DNA from: Podarcis liolepis
Lineage: Eukaryota
Length of the DNA: 64,000 nucleotides
Strand: one strand, 5' to 3'
Assembly: GCA_965112155.1 (NCBI GenBank)
Contig: OZ218102.1
The stretch's first letter is position 1. Each line of letters starts with the position of its first letter. The notes under the pieces are model-generated. The model was not told the DNA's origin. It saw only the letters and a list, made by a program, of their open reading frames with translations, and made no database searches. The translations under genes and the position numbers were made by a program. Below are positions 1-13,387 of this stretch, piece by piece.

Positions 1-1566
1 AGCTAATCTAAGGCGCATGTAAAAATTATATACAGGCACCCATCCTACAACCCCTATCAGCACATCAGTATGTTGGAATATATATACCCCTCTCTTGGCT
101 GCTACACCAATGGAGTTGGGGCAGGACTTATTGGAAGGAGGGGAGAGAAAGCTGTGAGGAAATTCATTTCCACACTTCATCTAGGGTAGGCTTCTTGAGC
201 CCCCAAAGCTGGTTTCTGAGTCTAGCTCTGGCAAATTTCACTAGCATATCAAATGGAGGATTTGGTTGCCTTACACTTACTCTAAGACTGGTAACTGGGA
301 TAATAGCTCACCTGTACAAAGGGAGGATGAGACAGCTCTCCTAATCCTAATAAATTTATCAGATCAGAGAGAGCTTCCCACTCAAAACATCTTTTCAATG
401 GGCGTGAAGATTAAAACCTTGCATTCATCCCATGTGGTGCCAGTTACTCTCCAACAGGAGGCAGACACCATTGTGACCTATTTGATGGGTAAGGACTGCC
501 ATGTCACAATGGAAGAGTGAGGAGAGCAATAAGCAGCAGCCGGAGCATGTGAAGTGTTAGAAAACAATTATCTTGTTTCCATGTAAATGATTCATGCCAT
601 AATTAAAACTAATGGGAGGAGGAAGAGAAACACAGACAAAGTAAGACACTGACTCTGGGAGGAATTGTTTGCTCTAGTTTTCAGCTGCTTTTCAAAGATG
701 GATGGCAAAACAGATTTGGTTGTTGTAATAAAAGCTCTATTTAAATAACCAAAAGAGGAGAGATTTGCTTGAAGGTTGTTTTTGCCTACCTTTTCCCCAG
801 AGCAGAGCTATGAACCTGCCGTGGGAGGCTGTGATGTAATTGCAGGCAGTGCATCATTTCCCAGCTGCTGGGAAGGCCATTTGTGGCATAAATTAACTAT
901 AAAAATACAGATGAGAAAATCTGCTTTTTCTCCAGAGGTGGGAGAGGCCACTTCATGCTCAATCCAGGCAGGCAGTGTCGGGCAGTTTAAACTCACATTG
1001 ATTTACTTAAATGGGCCGCAGTGTGCAGCCTGGGGAGGAAACTGAACTCCCAGTTAAGCCATGGATGGCTGATTCAAGGATTCTCAGCTGGTGTAAATTG
1101 GCCTGGCTGCAATGACTGCAAGGGCACCTATGCCACTGATTTGCAACCACCGGAAAGTGGCTTTTTGGATCCAGTGAAATTCATACCAACTAACACCAGC
1201 TGGCTCCTTGTTTCTGGCTCAGTCGCTGGCATTCGCTCTGCAAGTGAACACCGCCATGGTATGCATGTGATCCTGTTCTAATCTCTCCAGTTTCAGGTAT
1301 GAATGTCACAGCCAAGTCCCCAAAACTTCTTGAAGCAAGGACCTTTCCCATTTCACTGGACCTTTCAAAAATTGTGTCTTGCTGCTTGTTTGGCAGGATG
1401 TTGGTTAAAGATCTGATGTGCTGGGAAGGGAATTCTGGAACAGACAGTACCCACCTAGCTACACCCTCTAAATTAATGGAACACATATTAAAGGTTTTTC
1501 TACAGGATCTATTAAGGTGGCCCTTATCTTTTATGTGCTGTAGTGGTTAGACCAAGATTGGGGATA

Positions 1567-1923
1567 AAGGTAAAGGTAAAGGGACCCCTAACCATTAGGT
1601 CCAGTCGTGACCGACTCTGGGGTTGTGGCGTTCATCTCGCTCTATAGGACGAGGGAGCTGGCGTACAGCTTTCGGGTCATGTGGCCAGCATGACTAAGCC
1701 GCTTCTGGCGAACCAGAGCAGCGCACAGAAACAACGTTTACCTTCCCGCCGGAGCGATACCTATTTATCTACTTGCACTTTGACGTGCTTTCGAACTGCT
1801 AGGTTGGCAGGAGCTGGGACTGAGAAACAGGAGCTCACCCTGTTGTGGGGATTCGAACCACCGACCTTCTGATTGGCAAGTCCTAGGCTCTGTGGTTTAA
1901 CCCACAGCGCCACCCATGTCCCT
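1567..1923 (-). mobile_element. Sauria SINE, full length
   Basis: tRNA-like head with B box GGTTCGAATCC and (ACCTTT)n tail on the minus strand. Target-site duplication aagattggggata at 1554-1566 and 1927-1939. Confidence 0.9.
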
Positions 1924-2365
1924 ACTAAGATTGGGGATACCTGTGTTCAAATCCCAAATTAGCTACAAAGCCCACTGGGGGATTGTGGAGCAGGCCAGCG
2001 ATGGCTGAATCTGTCAATGTTGGTTTCTCTCAGTTTTTCAATATTAAAATCAGTTTCCTACATTTCCTCAGCAGTTTGCATCATCATCATCATCAAAAAA
2101 CCTTATGAAAATGTCATGTCCAGTTCTGTTTAATAAAGTGGAAGTTTTAAAACTGAGCTACTATGAAAGATATACCTAGCCTTAAAAAGTATGAGGCATA
2201 GGAAGAAAGATTTTAAGTTGAATGATTTTGGGAAAATACTATTCAGTGCTGGAACAAACCTTTCAGAGAATTATGAAATTTTGAGCAGTTCAAAGCAACA
2301 AAAATGTTTTGACAGGCATCAATCACCAGTGCTTTAGGATATCCTGACTTAAAGCCAATTAGATA

Positions 2366-2502
2366 GCCCACTGACCTTGGGCCAGTCGCAGTCTCTCAGC
2401 CTAACATGCCTCACAGGGTTGTTGTGAGGAGGAAAATAGGAGGAAAAGAATCAAGTGCGCCACTTTGAGATTCTTGGAGAAAAGGAGGGATAAGAATGTA
2501 AT
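2366..2502 (+). mobile_element. Old MIR/CORE-like squamate SINE (Squam3-like), body and tail; probable head fragments at ~1540-1566 and ~1940-1985
   Basis: tgaccttgggccagtc...ctctcagcctaac...cctcacagggttgttgtgagga. Head-like gtagtggttaga...gttcaaatccc is split by the Sauria SINE. Confidence 0.6.
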
Positions 2503-3534
2503 AGCTTTGTTTTCTGGAATTCTGACACAATAAATAAAGCACACTAAGGGCTGCTGCCAAGGATCAGTAGATGCTGGTCATCAATATTGGTGTTGCTTGA
2601 AAACACTCACTTTTGCCTTCAAGTCTCAGCAAGACAGCAGAAGAAGCCATTTGAGTCAACTGTGGAGTCTGAAAGGTCTGCTAAGACTGCAAACGATATT
2701 GAGGCCAGCCAAGACAATGTGACCTAATATGGCCTCTTGCCAAGAAAAACCACCAAACTTTTCTTGGGAAAATTAACTCTAAGACATATCTTAAATCAAG
2801 AACTGCAAAATCCCACAGCGCTCTTGTAACTGTGTTTTGAATTTCTTGTGAATTCTGCATTTCCTCCCTTCATTAAAAAGCAAGAGTTCACTGTCTGAAC
2901 CACACAGTAAAATGCCTGCATCCACTTAATAGGTGACATCATGGCTTTTACAATATACACTGAGAGTCAATATACACTTCAGTATTAGAAACTGGACTTA
3001 ATGAGCTGTTGGCAATCTGAGAAGTGATAGAGGAAGCTGTGCATTGTTTCGGCAAAAATGTATGCTTCTGAAAAAGGATATATCCAGTGTCTTCAAAATT
3101 TTCATTAAACTGAATGGCTGCAAAGTGGCTGCTGTGCTGAGCCTATCACAAGTGTCAGTGACAAGTACTATTTTGCTGTTCCCTTGAACTTGCCATCTGC
3201 TATGATCACCTGTTTGCTCATGTTCCTAGGCCGATACTTTTTCTCTCCCCCCTTCCTCTCTATTTCCCATTCAAAATATAGTTCCTTTGGGACCAAGCCT
3301 CCCTTGAAATATGTCTCCAATATGACCTTGGTCCTCATAATCACCATACAACAAATTATGACTGCAATAAATATTGGAATGGATATTCAACTAAAACCAT
3401 TTTGTACAGAAATCATTAGAAGAGGGCCAATGCATAGTTGCAGCTGTTATCACTGACTAAAAGTGAATTGATGGAAACTGCACATCTCCCTCCACGTGAG
3501 TTCTTACATACATGATATGTGAACAGGTACTTAC

Positions 3535-3750
3535 CAAAGAGCTGGTATAAGTTGGGTCTGAGGTGTCATCTTGTAAGTAACGTGACAGGCCAAAGTCAGA
3601 TACTTTGCAAACCAGGTTGCTGTTGACCAGGATATTTCTGGCTGCAAGGTCCCGGTGGACATAATTCATTTCTGCAAGGTACTTCATACCAGCTGCGATC
3701 CCTCGCAACATCCCCACCAACTGGATGACTGTAAACTGCCCATCATTTTG
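3535..3750 (-). CDS. EPHB1: EPHB1 exon ~12 (216 nt), catalytic and activation loops [17 protein letters not shown]...HRDLAARN...[21 protein letters not shown]
   Basis: HRDLAARN and DFG intact. Acceptor ctgatacag|CAA, donor TTG|gtaagt. Confidence 0.97.
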
Positions 3751-4136
3751 CTGTATCAGTGAAAGTTAAATGAAAGAATTAGCATTCCTCTGTATTCAAA
3801 GAATCCAGGCTGGGAATAGTATCCTACAATATGGGCTCTAAGGAACAGAGATCTATATGGCCAGATAGGGAGGCTAATTTTGGGGAAATGTGAAAAAAGA
3901 GGTCCCAAGAGATGATAGGAAATCTCAGAAGCAGTAGCAGAAGGAAGGAGAAAGAACAGGCAATAGACTGGAAACTAATTCTATTGAAAGCGTAAGTGGA
4001 AGAGATGGAGTGCCAACGAAAATATGAGCAGGAAATGAAAAGAATTGAGAAAAGGAAGGACCAATGAAGGCTTCTCAAGGAAAAAGCCATTGCCTGCTAT
4101 GGCAACCTACACCAACCTGGTATACTCTATATCTTA

Positions 4137-4487
4137 AGGTACCCCTGCCCGTACGGGCCAGTCTTGACAGACTCTAGGGTTGTGTGCCCATCTCACTCTA
4201 GAGGCCGGGGGCCAGCGCTGTCCACAGACACTTCCGGGTCACGTGGCCAGCGTGACAAAGCTGCATCTGGCGAGCCAGCGCAGCACGCGGAAACGCCGTT
4301 TACCTTCCCACCAGTAAGCGGTCCCTATTTATCTACTTGCACCCAGGGGTGCTTTCGAACTGCTAGGTTGGCAGGCGCTGGGACCGAGCAACGGGAGCGC
4401 ACCCCGCCACGGGGATTCGAACCGCCGACCTTTCGATCGGCAAGCCCTAGGCGCTGAGGCTTTTACCCACAGCACCACCCGCGTCCC
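4137..4487 (-). mobile_element. Sauria SINE, full length, CpG-rich, nested in a palindromic MITE (~4105-4622)
   Basis: Head gggacgcgggtgg with intact B box. Flanking duplication actctatatctta at 4124-4136 and 4508-4520. Confidence 0.9.
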
Positions 4488-5031
4488 TTATATCTTATTG
4501 GACTACAACTCTATATCTTATTGGACTACAACTCCCACCATCCCTGGCCATTGGCCATTTTGCTAGGGCTGATGGCAGTTGGAGTCCAAAACTTCATGAG
4601 AGCACCAGAATGGGCAAGGCTGGTCCAAGAGCAGGAGAAGCTCCCCATTGGTGTCAGAAGAAGAGTTGGAGACAATTTAACAGTCCTAGGATGATGGTGG
4701 TTATTTATATCCTGCCCTTTTCCCTGACAGAACTCAAGATAAAAACAAGAAGTGCTAAAAACATAGAAAAATCAATAAAATCTGTTTAAAATACTTATCA
4801 GCTGGGTTGCTACAAAATGCAGTAAACATTTGGGCAACTTCCAAACAGATTTAGCAATAATTACATTAAGGCCAGGATGTCATTGTTGTTTTGGACGATT
4901 TAATTTGGAGGGAAAGGCATGCTCCTGCATTTGCAGGGCTGAATTGCACAGTGAACACCTCCACAAGAGCTGGCCTCATTAAATCGATCCAATTTCATTA
5001 TCACTTCAAAAAGAAAGAAAGTCATACTTAC

Positions 5032-5279
5032 TCGTAAAAAGGAATCCAGGGCACCATTTTCCATAAACTCTGTAATAATCATCACTGGGCGGCTTTTGGT
5101 GACCACCCCCTCTAGCCGAATGATGTTTGGATGATCAAACTGACCCATGATGCTGGCCTCACTCAGGAAATCCCGCCGCTGCTTCTCAGAGTAGCCAGCC
5201 TTTAATGTCTTAATAGCCACATAGATTTCTCTCTTGCCAGGCAGTTTGAGGCGCCCTTTGTAGACTTCACCAAACTCCC
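5032..5279 (-). CDS. EPHB1: EPHB1 exon ~11 (248 nt), kinase N-lobe [27 protein letters not shown]...[10 protein letters not shown]
   Basis: G-loop and VAIK lysine. Acceptor ccattacag|GG, donor CGA|gtaagt. Confidence 0.97.
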
Positions 5280-5593
5280 CTGTAATGGAACAAGTAAACT
5301 TTGCTCGTTCTGCTATTTTAAGGGGTGGGGAGAAATGAGAGCTACCCAAGCTGAGGACAAGGTGCTTGCCCAAGGCATTCTAAACATTTCTTCAAAAAGT
5401 GAATGGCAGGAAAACACATGTCTAAATACCAGCCCTGTAATAAAGCGAGCAGAAGCAACACACAGCACAATTCTTGTACCTTTAACTATTGTCAAAGAGG
5501 GAGGTTTGGGCCGGGGAGCTTTTTTCTTTTAGCCCTATCACATGACATGACAGTATGACATCACAATGCTGAAAGGTCCAGAAGCCTCTGTTC

Positions 5594-5735
5594 CAGCTTC
5601 CTGCAGGCTGGGTCTCTCCAGATGTTGCTGGACTACAGCTCCCATCAGCTCTAGCCAGCATGGCCAACAGTCATGAATGATAGGAACTGTAGTCCCAATA
5701 TCATTTTGATGGCTCCAGGTTGTCTGAAACCCTGG
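5594..5735. mobile_element. Palindromic hAT-type MITE (ggactacaactcccatc family), degenerate
   Basis: ggactacagctcccatca...tgataggaactgtagtcc inverted arms, similar to 41827-41964. Confidence 0.7.
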
Positions 5736-6810
5736 AGAGCAGCTGCCAGTCAATGTAAACATTACTGAGCTAGCTGTCATACTAATGGTACAATCCTCTA
5801 CGTGTATACTCAGAAGCAAGTCCTACTGAGTTCATGGAGCTTTCAGTTACATAGGCATAATATTGCAGCCTTACTCTGTGGAGTCTATGTACTAAGTCTT
5901 ACTGAATTCATTGGACTTATTTTTAAGAAAGTATACTTAAGATCAAGTCACAAGACAAACATAACTCTGCCACAATTAGTAAAATAAGAAAAGCAACAAA
6001 TAGGATAGAAGAGACCCCAAACTGTTTTTATTCCAATTTTACACCAAAGCAGACAGAAAACTATTTACAGTGGACTTCAGTGGAAGCAGACAGGTGAAAT
6101 TTTTAGAATGGACTTCAGTGGAAGCAGAGTAAAAGGGAAAGGGCTTGCTGCTTGAGCTGCTCCCCAAGGCTCTTGTGAGCTACCAGTGTCTTCCATCTTG
6201 TCTCATAAAATGGGGAGGGAAAGGCTTTTGTGGAATGAGTGGGAGGCTTGGTATAAGGACAGAAAGTGTGGTTGGGAGGGAGATAAAGTAAAAGAGAAAA
6301 TTAAGGATGCTTCCAGACAATGGCTCATAAAATAGGCACAGTACCAACTCCAGAAGAGGTACTTCCTATTCCAAACATTTGGTGCTATGATGGTACTGCC
6401 ATTGTTGTGCCACCCAGACTGCCTCTAGTCCATTTGGACAGACAGTGATCGGAATGAAAATCCACTTGCTGTACATCTGATGCTCAGAAGCAGCTTCATC
6501 TGGAAGCACCTTTAGCAGAAGAAGAAGCAACACTGAAGCGCTGAATGCAAATAGCAAGCAATGAATGCAAACAATAGCTTGGTGCAGGTTATAAGCAACT
6601 GGTTATAAGGATGCTGTAAAGAAAGAAAGAGCAAAGAGATATAGCAGCAGATGGGCTCTGACACATGGGAGTTGGGAAATTACATGCTAGCAAATAAACA
6701 AACTTTTCTGAGGCAGACTCTAGATGCCCAGAGCAAAGGAATGGGCAAAAAGTATACTCTGGTCCATTGGTGGACTACAGGCCACTTTCTGATGGTTCAT
6801 GTAGTGTAAA

Positions 6811-6949
6811 GCTGGGCTGAGGAGCCTGTGGCTCTCCAGGTGATGTTGAACTCCAGCTGCCATCAGTCCAGCTAGCCTGGCCAATAATAAAGGGTGCTGA
6901 GACTTGTAGTTCAACCATGTCTGGAGGCCTACAGGTTCCCCTATCCCTG
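6811..6949. mobile_element. Palindromic hAT-type MITE, degenerate
   Basis: cctgtggctctccag...ctggaggcctacagg arms, same family as 41827-41964. Confidence 0.65.
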
Positions 6950-7871
6950 TTATAAAGAATGCTGGCCAATGTGCTCCACCCAAGCACTTCTTATATTCTC
7001 AGGAAAGACTGCATACTCAGGATTTCCACCATTTCATAATGGTGGAAAGATTCTGAGTATGCACACTTACTCTGTAAATTTGGGGTGAGGGGACATTGGA
7101 AATCCTTGGGGATGGTAGTAGACCAGTCCTCTCATGGTGTAGTCAAAATGCAATACTTTGCTATCTTCAGGTTGCGATACTTTCCCCTTCTGTTGGACTT
7201 GATGGGCTTTGGGATGCCTACCTATGGTCCACTGCAACCACAAAGATTCTTTCCCCCCCTTACTTGGCTACTGTTAACTAAAGTTCTGAACATGCTGCTC
7301 CCTCCAGCGGGGGAACTAACCTCCTTCTAGGTGACCTGTACTTCCTGGATCATTTGAAGTTGTACAGTGATGAAGCAACATTCACATAATGTTAGCACTG
7401 TCTTTGGGAATGGGTCTCTGGTATGATGAGTTTGAGAAGTGCTCAGGGGCAGTAGTTAAACTGTGCCAGTCCTGGGTAAGCTTACCATGAAGATTTAAAG
7501 GGAACAAGTCAAACAATTTGCACAAAATAACAACTAATCTCCTAAATGCTCTTGTTCACACTGTTGTTTAAAACAAGCGGCTGGTTTTTAATAACTAGAG
7601 GGTAGGTTGTTGTTGTTGTGTGTGTTTTAATGGCAAGTATGCAAGCTTTTCCTTCTGAAATTAGCTAACAGCCCCAAAAAGGTAAGATTCCTGCTGTAGC
7701 AGATAAGAGAGATGCTATAAACTAGGGAGCTATTGCCCTACCTATTTATTGTTAATTAAACCAGGGAGCACAACAATGTATTAAAGTGAGTCAATTAATT
7801 AAGCACAGTCTCTTAAATCACAGAAGAAGATTCTGTTAGGCTTCCAGGAGAAAAGTGCCAGTCCACTGTTA

Positions 7872-8126
<255 letters not shown>

Positions 8127-11100
8127 TCATTTTAGAGAAGAGCGGAAGAGAGAGAAAAAATCATATTCATCTCCGGGGAAAGGGATCAACAGCATGTCTC
8201 CCCCTAAACCTTCCTTCCTTGCCTATCTGTACAATCAGCTCCCCTATTCACTTGCTCTCTTGTTTCATTCTTCCTCTTATACTTCTCTCCGCTTCCCCTG
8301 CATTATCTTTTCTCCTTGAAATGTATAACGTATTAGTTATAACTGGCAGATTGGGAGCAGGCCACGGGTTGCACCCAGAAAGTGGGTGCACACTGTTATT
8401 TATTGAAGCAGTACCAAATCCATTAGCAGGAGAGTCAAGGAAAGAACTGCAGGTAGAGATCAATATTTATCAATCTGACACCTTTCCTGCGTCGGTCTGA
8501 TTGGAAGGGTTATACCAGGTGGCTGTGCTATAGCAGTGAATGCAGGGCAAAAATAAAGATAAAAATCAAAGAGAATAGCAGCAAGCTGAGAGAATAAATG
8601 AATGAAGAGGAGGAGGAGGGGGAGAAATGGAAGAAAGAAGGAAATCGCTTTGGGAAAAGTTGTCTCAGAAATGAAAAAGAAGAAAGGAAAGAAAAATCAA
8701 GAGGATTCAATCACAGTGAAAATCATCACGGTGTCCCTTCTGAAAGAGGAGGCGTATACAGATGAAGGACCTAAGAGAGTGCAGAAAGTCATTTGTTCAG
8801 CTTTTTGACATTCTAGGAGCTTTCCAGTTGATTCAGATTGACCACCTCTGTAGCCTGGTGTTGAACGCCTCCTTGCAAGCCCTCTCTTGTTCAGGCTGAA
8901 CATTCAACCCGCTAGAGGGAAGTTACAAACGAACACTAGTTTGCTGTTTTTATGGGAAAGATGGCAGCAGGTTTACGATGCTGCTGTTCATGCATAATTT
9001 AAGCCATTTTTATTTACCCAACATACCTTTGATAGTTTTGTGGCTGCTACTAAAATGACAGAATGCAGCAATTACAAACGAGTGAGCATCCTAATGATAA
9101 AATACAGCCTCCATAATAAATATTCTTGGGGGTTTGCTTTAGCTTTCAAAAAGCGTCACATGGCCCCTTGCAGCAGGCTGCCAAATCTCTACCAGACATG
9201 ACTGGGAACTTGTAGGCTGCTGCAGGGAGTTTGGGAGGTTGCCGGCAGGAGTTAACTTTGGTAGAAACCTCATTATTTCACTCATTAAATTTTAAGAGAG
9301 ATCTCACACTCAGGAACACAAATCGCATTGGTGGAGGCGTTTCCTCCCATCTGGTGAACATTAAATTGTGGAACCCGTGAATCTAACAAAGGCTAGTCAA
9401 GTTGCTGTTTTGAGATTACAGTACACTGCAAACTTGAACGTTGGGGGAAAACGATCACTTTCACCCATTACAAAGGCAACCAATGTATTTCTTGTTTGCG
9501 GCCTGGTACTAGTAAAGAGAAGTGAGAGCTCTACCACCTCCCGAACTGCTGCTTAGTCCTCTCGGGCCTTTTATGCCATTCACCTGTCAAATTACCTAGC
9601 CTGCAGGATCCAAAAAGGTGTTGCTGCAGCTATGAGGCCCAGCAGGCTGAAGCTTAAAGTCCCAGCCTTTGAACGTGAAAATGGGCTTCGCAAGTAGTGA
9701 AAGTCACCAGAGCTAAACATGGCATGTATTATATCACACCACCCTTTGCCAACCTGGTGCTCTCCAGGAAATTTTCCTTCCATTTCTTCTTCAACTCTCT
9801 CTTTGTATTGTACACTATTTTCAGAGAAGCGGCTAACCTAAGATTTGTCATATGCTTTTGACCAAAATGAATCACTATATTTAACACCTGAAAAGATTGC
9901 CAGAGATACTCTTGGGTGATCGCAGCAGGCAGTCCTTGGAATGCATTGCGCAGTTATCTTGTTTTCACTGGAAAAGTAGTAATCCTCTTTTATTCTGGGC
10001 AATGGCACTAAGGTCAGCCCCACTGCTGTGACTCTCCTCTTCCCTACTCTCACCTGCCCCTTTCTCTTTCCATCCTATTATTAACTTTTGTTCTAGCATC
10101 TCATCTCTCCTGGGATTTGCTCCTCACCTTTTTTATGCTTGGCAATCAGTCAGACAGCAAACACTCTGCACCTCTTCTCGGCAGTTTTAATGTCTATATA
10201 ATTAATCCAATCCCATTCAAGCATTATTCGTTTACCACATATTTAACGTAAGTAGCAGCCGTAAACCCTATGAAACATGAAGATCCAGGTCTAGAATATC
10301 CCAGGACTGCAGAGGAGTCACAAACTTTGAATTCTGTTGTGGCATTTCCAGACTCCAGAGTTTCTATGAGTCTTGAGAATTCAGAGTGGCTGACACAAGT
10401 CACATAGGAACAGGGCAGAACGTCCATTCCCCACCAACTGCTGGTTGCTACTCATCCGGATGGTGCACCACGTCTAGTAGAAGCAGCACAGGTGGCATAG
10501 GACACAACACCTAGTGAAATACCAAACCCTTACAATAGTTCATCTCTCTTCCTTGCAGTACAATTCTTTCACTTACAGCTTAGTAGTAAAGCACTAAATC
10601 TGCCAAAGGGAAAGCTGTAGCTTACAGGAAGGCAGCCTTAGGCACACACTGGGCCAAAACTCTATCCTTCCATTACTGATGGCAAAACCTGCGATGAAGT
10701 CATCCATGCTTTGCCCAGTTCATAAATCTTTTTACAGCTTCATCACATACATTTTTACTGTTCCATAAATCCTTTTACAAGTGCAGCTGATGCTCTAGCA
10801 GGATTACAAAGGAATTTACAAGATCATAACCAAGGCTGGCTTACAGATTAGAAAAGCAAAACAAACATATAACGCAGAAGGATCAAGGTGGGGACGCAAT
10901 GACCTTGGACTTAGTGCTACCCACTCGGCCAATGTAAAATGGCTTCTAAACGTCCAGGAGAAAGGTATCCATGCTGCTGACAAACCGCTCTGTGCTCATA
11001 AGAAGTCTGAGGAAATCTGCCAGAGTTTGGAACCAGACTATGGATAAAGGCAATCTGACATATTTGGAACAACATGTTTGGAAGTGTAAAGTTCAGTACA

Positions 11101-12069
11101 AAGACCAAATCCAACCATAGGGCTATCAATAAAATCTTTATGATTCGTCTACTCAAAGATGGTGAGTAGAACAGTGTATATTCCTAGTTGACAGGAGCTG
11201 TTTGGTCTTCTTGCTGAGAATTATCAACCTCTCTGTTCTGCCTAAAGAAGAGGACTTTTCTTCCAGGCATGTATACATACACACCCACACACCCACACCC
11301 CACTTACAAGCAATAGACTCAAGTGACCGCATACACACACAGCACCAGAAAATAATTAATTGGTTCAATTCAAACCCAGAAATGGCAGGAGAGAGGTACA
11401 GAGTACTCATGGCTCACAAAGGGACATTCTCCAGATTCCGAAGAGGATGTCAGTGAGGGTGAAGGAAACCCCATAGGCCCAGAGTTGCAGCAGGGCTCTG
11501 CTTAGGCTCTTCAGCCTCCCCATCTAACAGCTGATGTATAGGGTCACGCAGCAGCTGCTTTCCCATGCATCCTCCAGCCTTCTGCTGGCCCCAGAGTTTC
11601 AATTCTAGTTGTGGATATTTTTGGATCCAGTATTTTGGTATGGATTGAAGTGAAAGGGCACAAGGGAGTTTAAAGGGTGTTTAGAGGTGCTCCCCACTTT
11701 AGTTTCACTGAAGCATGCAGCTGGGGAGAATGCCTGTATCTCAAAGTTGTGCATTTTTTTTTTCTGCACCACCAGCAGATGGCAAGCTAGTGAAAGATGC
11801 ATCTCTCTAATTTTGTGTTTCAGGGTTTTCAAGGACACACACTTTGCATCTTGCATGGATATTTACCAAAACAATAACTGAGAACATGAATCCAGTGGAA
11901 TCGCCTGGCTATGAGGCTATATGCACAGAATTAGCATGGGCACACAGCTCTTGCCAGCACACAAAATGGTTCATGAACTTTTGGAAGTTACCTTTAAGAT
12001 GTAGGAGAGCTTTATCAACAGCTTTAGCCAAAATAGCTAAATGGAACCTCCACATATAAAGGTAATGTA

Positions 12070-12228
12070 CCTATGTATATAAATACCAGGTGCTGATGAT
12101 AACAACAAGGGAGGTCTTCATGTCTAGCTTGTGACCATGGGAAGCATCTGGTCAGTCTCTATTAAAAACAGAATGCAGAAGTAGATGGACCTTGCTCTGC
12201 TGCAGCAAGCAATTATTGTCTTCTTAAC
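12070..12228 (+). mobile_element. CR1-like LINE 3' end fragment
   Basis: gcatctggtcag...aacagaatgc...tagatggacctt...cagcaagc...ttctta resembles squamate CR1 3' UTR; related reversed copies at ~30705 and ~36960. Confidence 0.55.
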
Positions 12229-12611
12229 TTCTCACTTGTAGAACAAGATACTGATGCTCTGCAAGCAGGCACATGGAAGAGACGGGCTTGCCAACTGAGG
12301 CTGCCTCATTTGTGTTTGGCTGCTTATTGCATCTAGGTCATTTAAATGCCAGCACTCCAACACTCAGAAAATGGTTTGAAGAGTTAATTAGACAGACTAA
12401 CTTAGATGTTTCATTTGGGGGGAAAGATATACACTGTAAGGATTTCTGTTTTACTGTTGCAGTGATAGACTATAGCACTGGCTCTGCAGTGTGCCGAAAC
12501 AGAATTGAAAGTGTTGCTTGTTACCTTGTACCCTTTTTTATTTACATCAGCCAAGTAGAGGGGGCTGCAGGGAGTGCTCTTACTAGAGCTTTGCGGGGAT
12601 AATGAGGGACT

Positions 12612-12804
12612 TTTCCATGCACTCTGGTTTCCGTCTTGGCGTTCCATGGTGCCAGAAGCAGTTTAGTCATGCTGGCCACATGACGCGGAAAGCTGCCTGT
12701 GGACAAACGCTGGCTCCCTCGGCCTGAAAGCAAGATGAGCACTGCAACCCCATAGTTGCCTTTGACTGGACTTAACTGTCCAGGAGTCCTTTACCTTTAC
12801 CTTT
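12612..12804 (+). mobile_element. Sauria SINE, 5'-truncated
   Basis: Ends in cctttacctttaccttt. Candidate duplication tgagggac at 12603-12610 and 12807-12814. Reverse complement matches 13400-13586. Confidence 0.88.
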
Positions 12805-13387
12805 GCTGAGGGACACTTTCTCCCCACTACAAACATAAAGAAATGGTCCTGACCTGTGGATTCTTCCAAGACCTGGGATTTTAAAAGAAAATCTAGCCTG
12901 CTATCGTTAGCAGAATGCCTTCTTTCGGGAAACCTTCAATGACCTCTTATGTGCATATTTTCATATTCATGTGAGAATGATCTCTAGCCACCCCAAGCCA
13001 TTCTCCAGACCTTGGGTTCTCTGGGCTCTCTTGGCCATTACTTCCTCACTTAACCTTCCCACTGAGCAGAGTATCCTGTTTACATAGCTTTCATTAGTAG
13101 TCACCACAGCTTTGGCAACAAGCTTTCCCCATCCATCCATCCATCCATCCCTATACTCAGAATTTATGGATGGAATTCCAAGCAGCGCTAACGAGATCAC
13201 ACCATCAGCACAAACATTTTTACTTGCCTGGTGGCAAGATCTCCCATCTCCTTCTGCTGCATGCTATTCTGGGTGTTCTCTCAACCCTCTTTGGGCTGGT
13301 AGGAGGGCATGAGAGCACACGGGGAGGAAAAGGGGGAAGCCCTATTGTGCTAGTGGGACTTGTTGCACTGGCTCCGGCTAGCGCGCT

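Noticed and set aside
1-3534. Search for the next kinase exon (GGKIPVRWTAPE...)
   Set aside because: Not found in this interval. It most likely lies left of the window, so this is not evidence of truncation.
4164-4457. Similar ORFs at 1681, 4164, 13471 and 56542 suggesting a small gene family
   Set aside because: All are chance translations of Sauria SINE copies.
8840-8935. Acceptor-like site (ttcccctctag on the minus strand) as a possible cryptic exon between exons ~9 and ~10
   Set aside because: The required phase hits a stop after two codons and the candidate donor (gtggtc) is poor.
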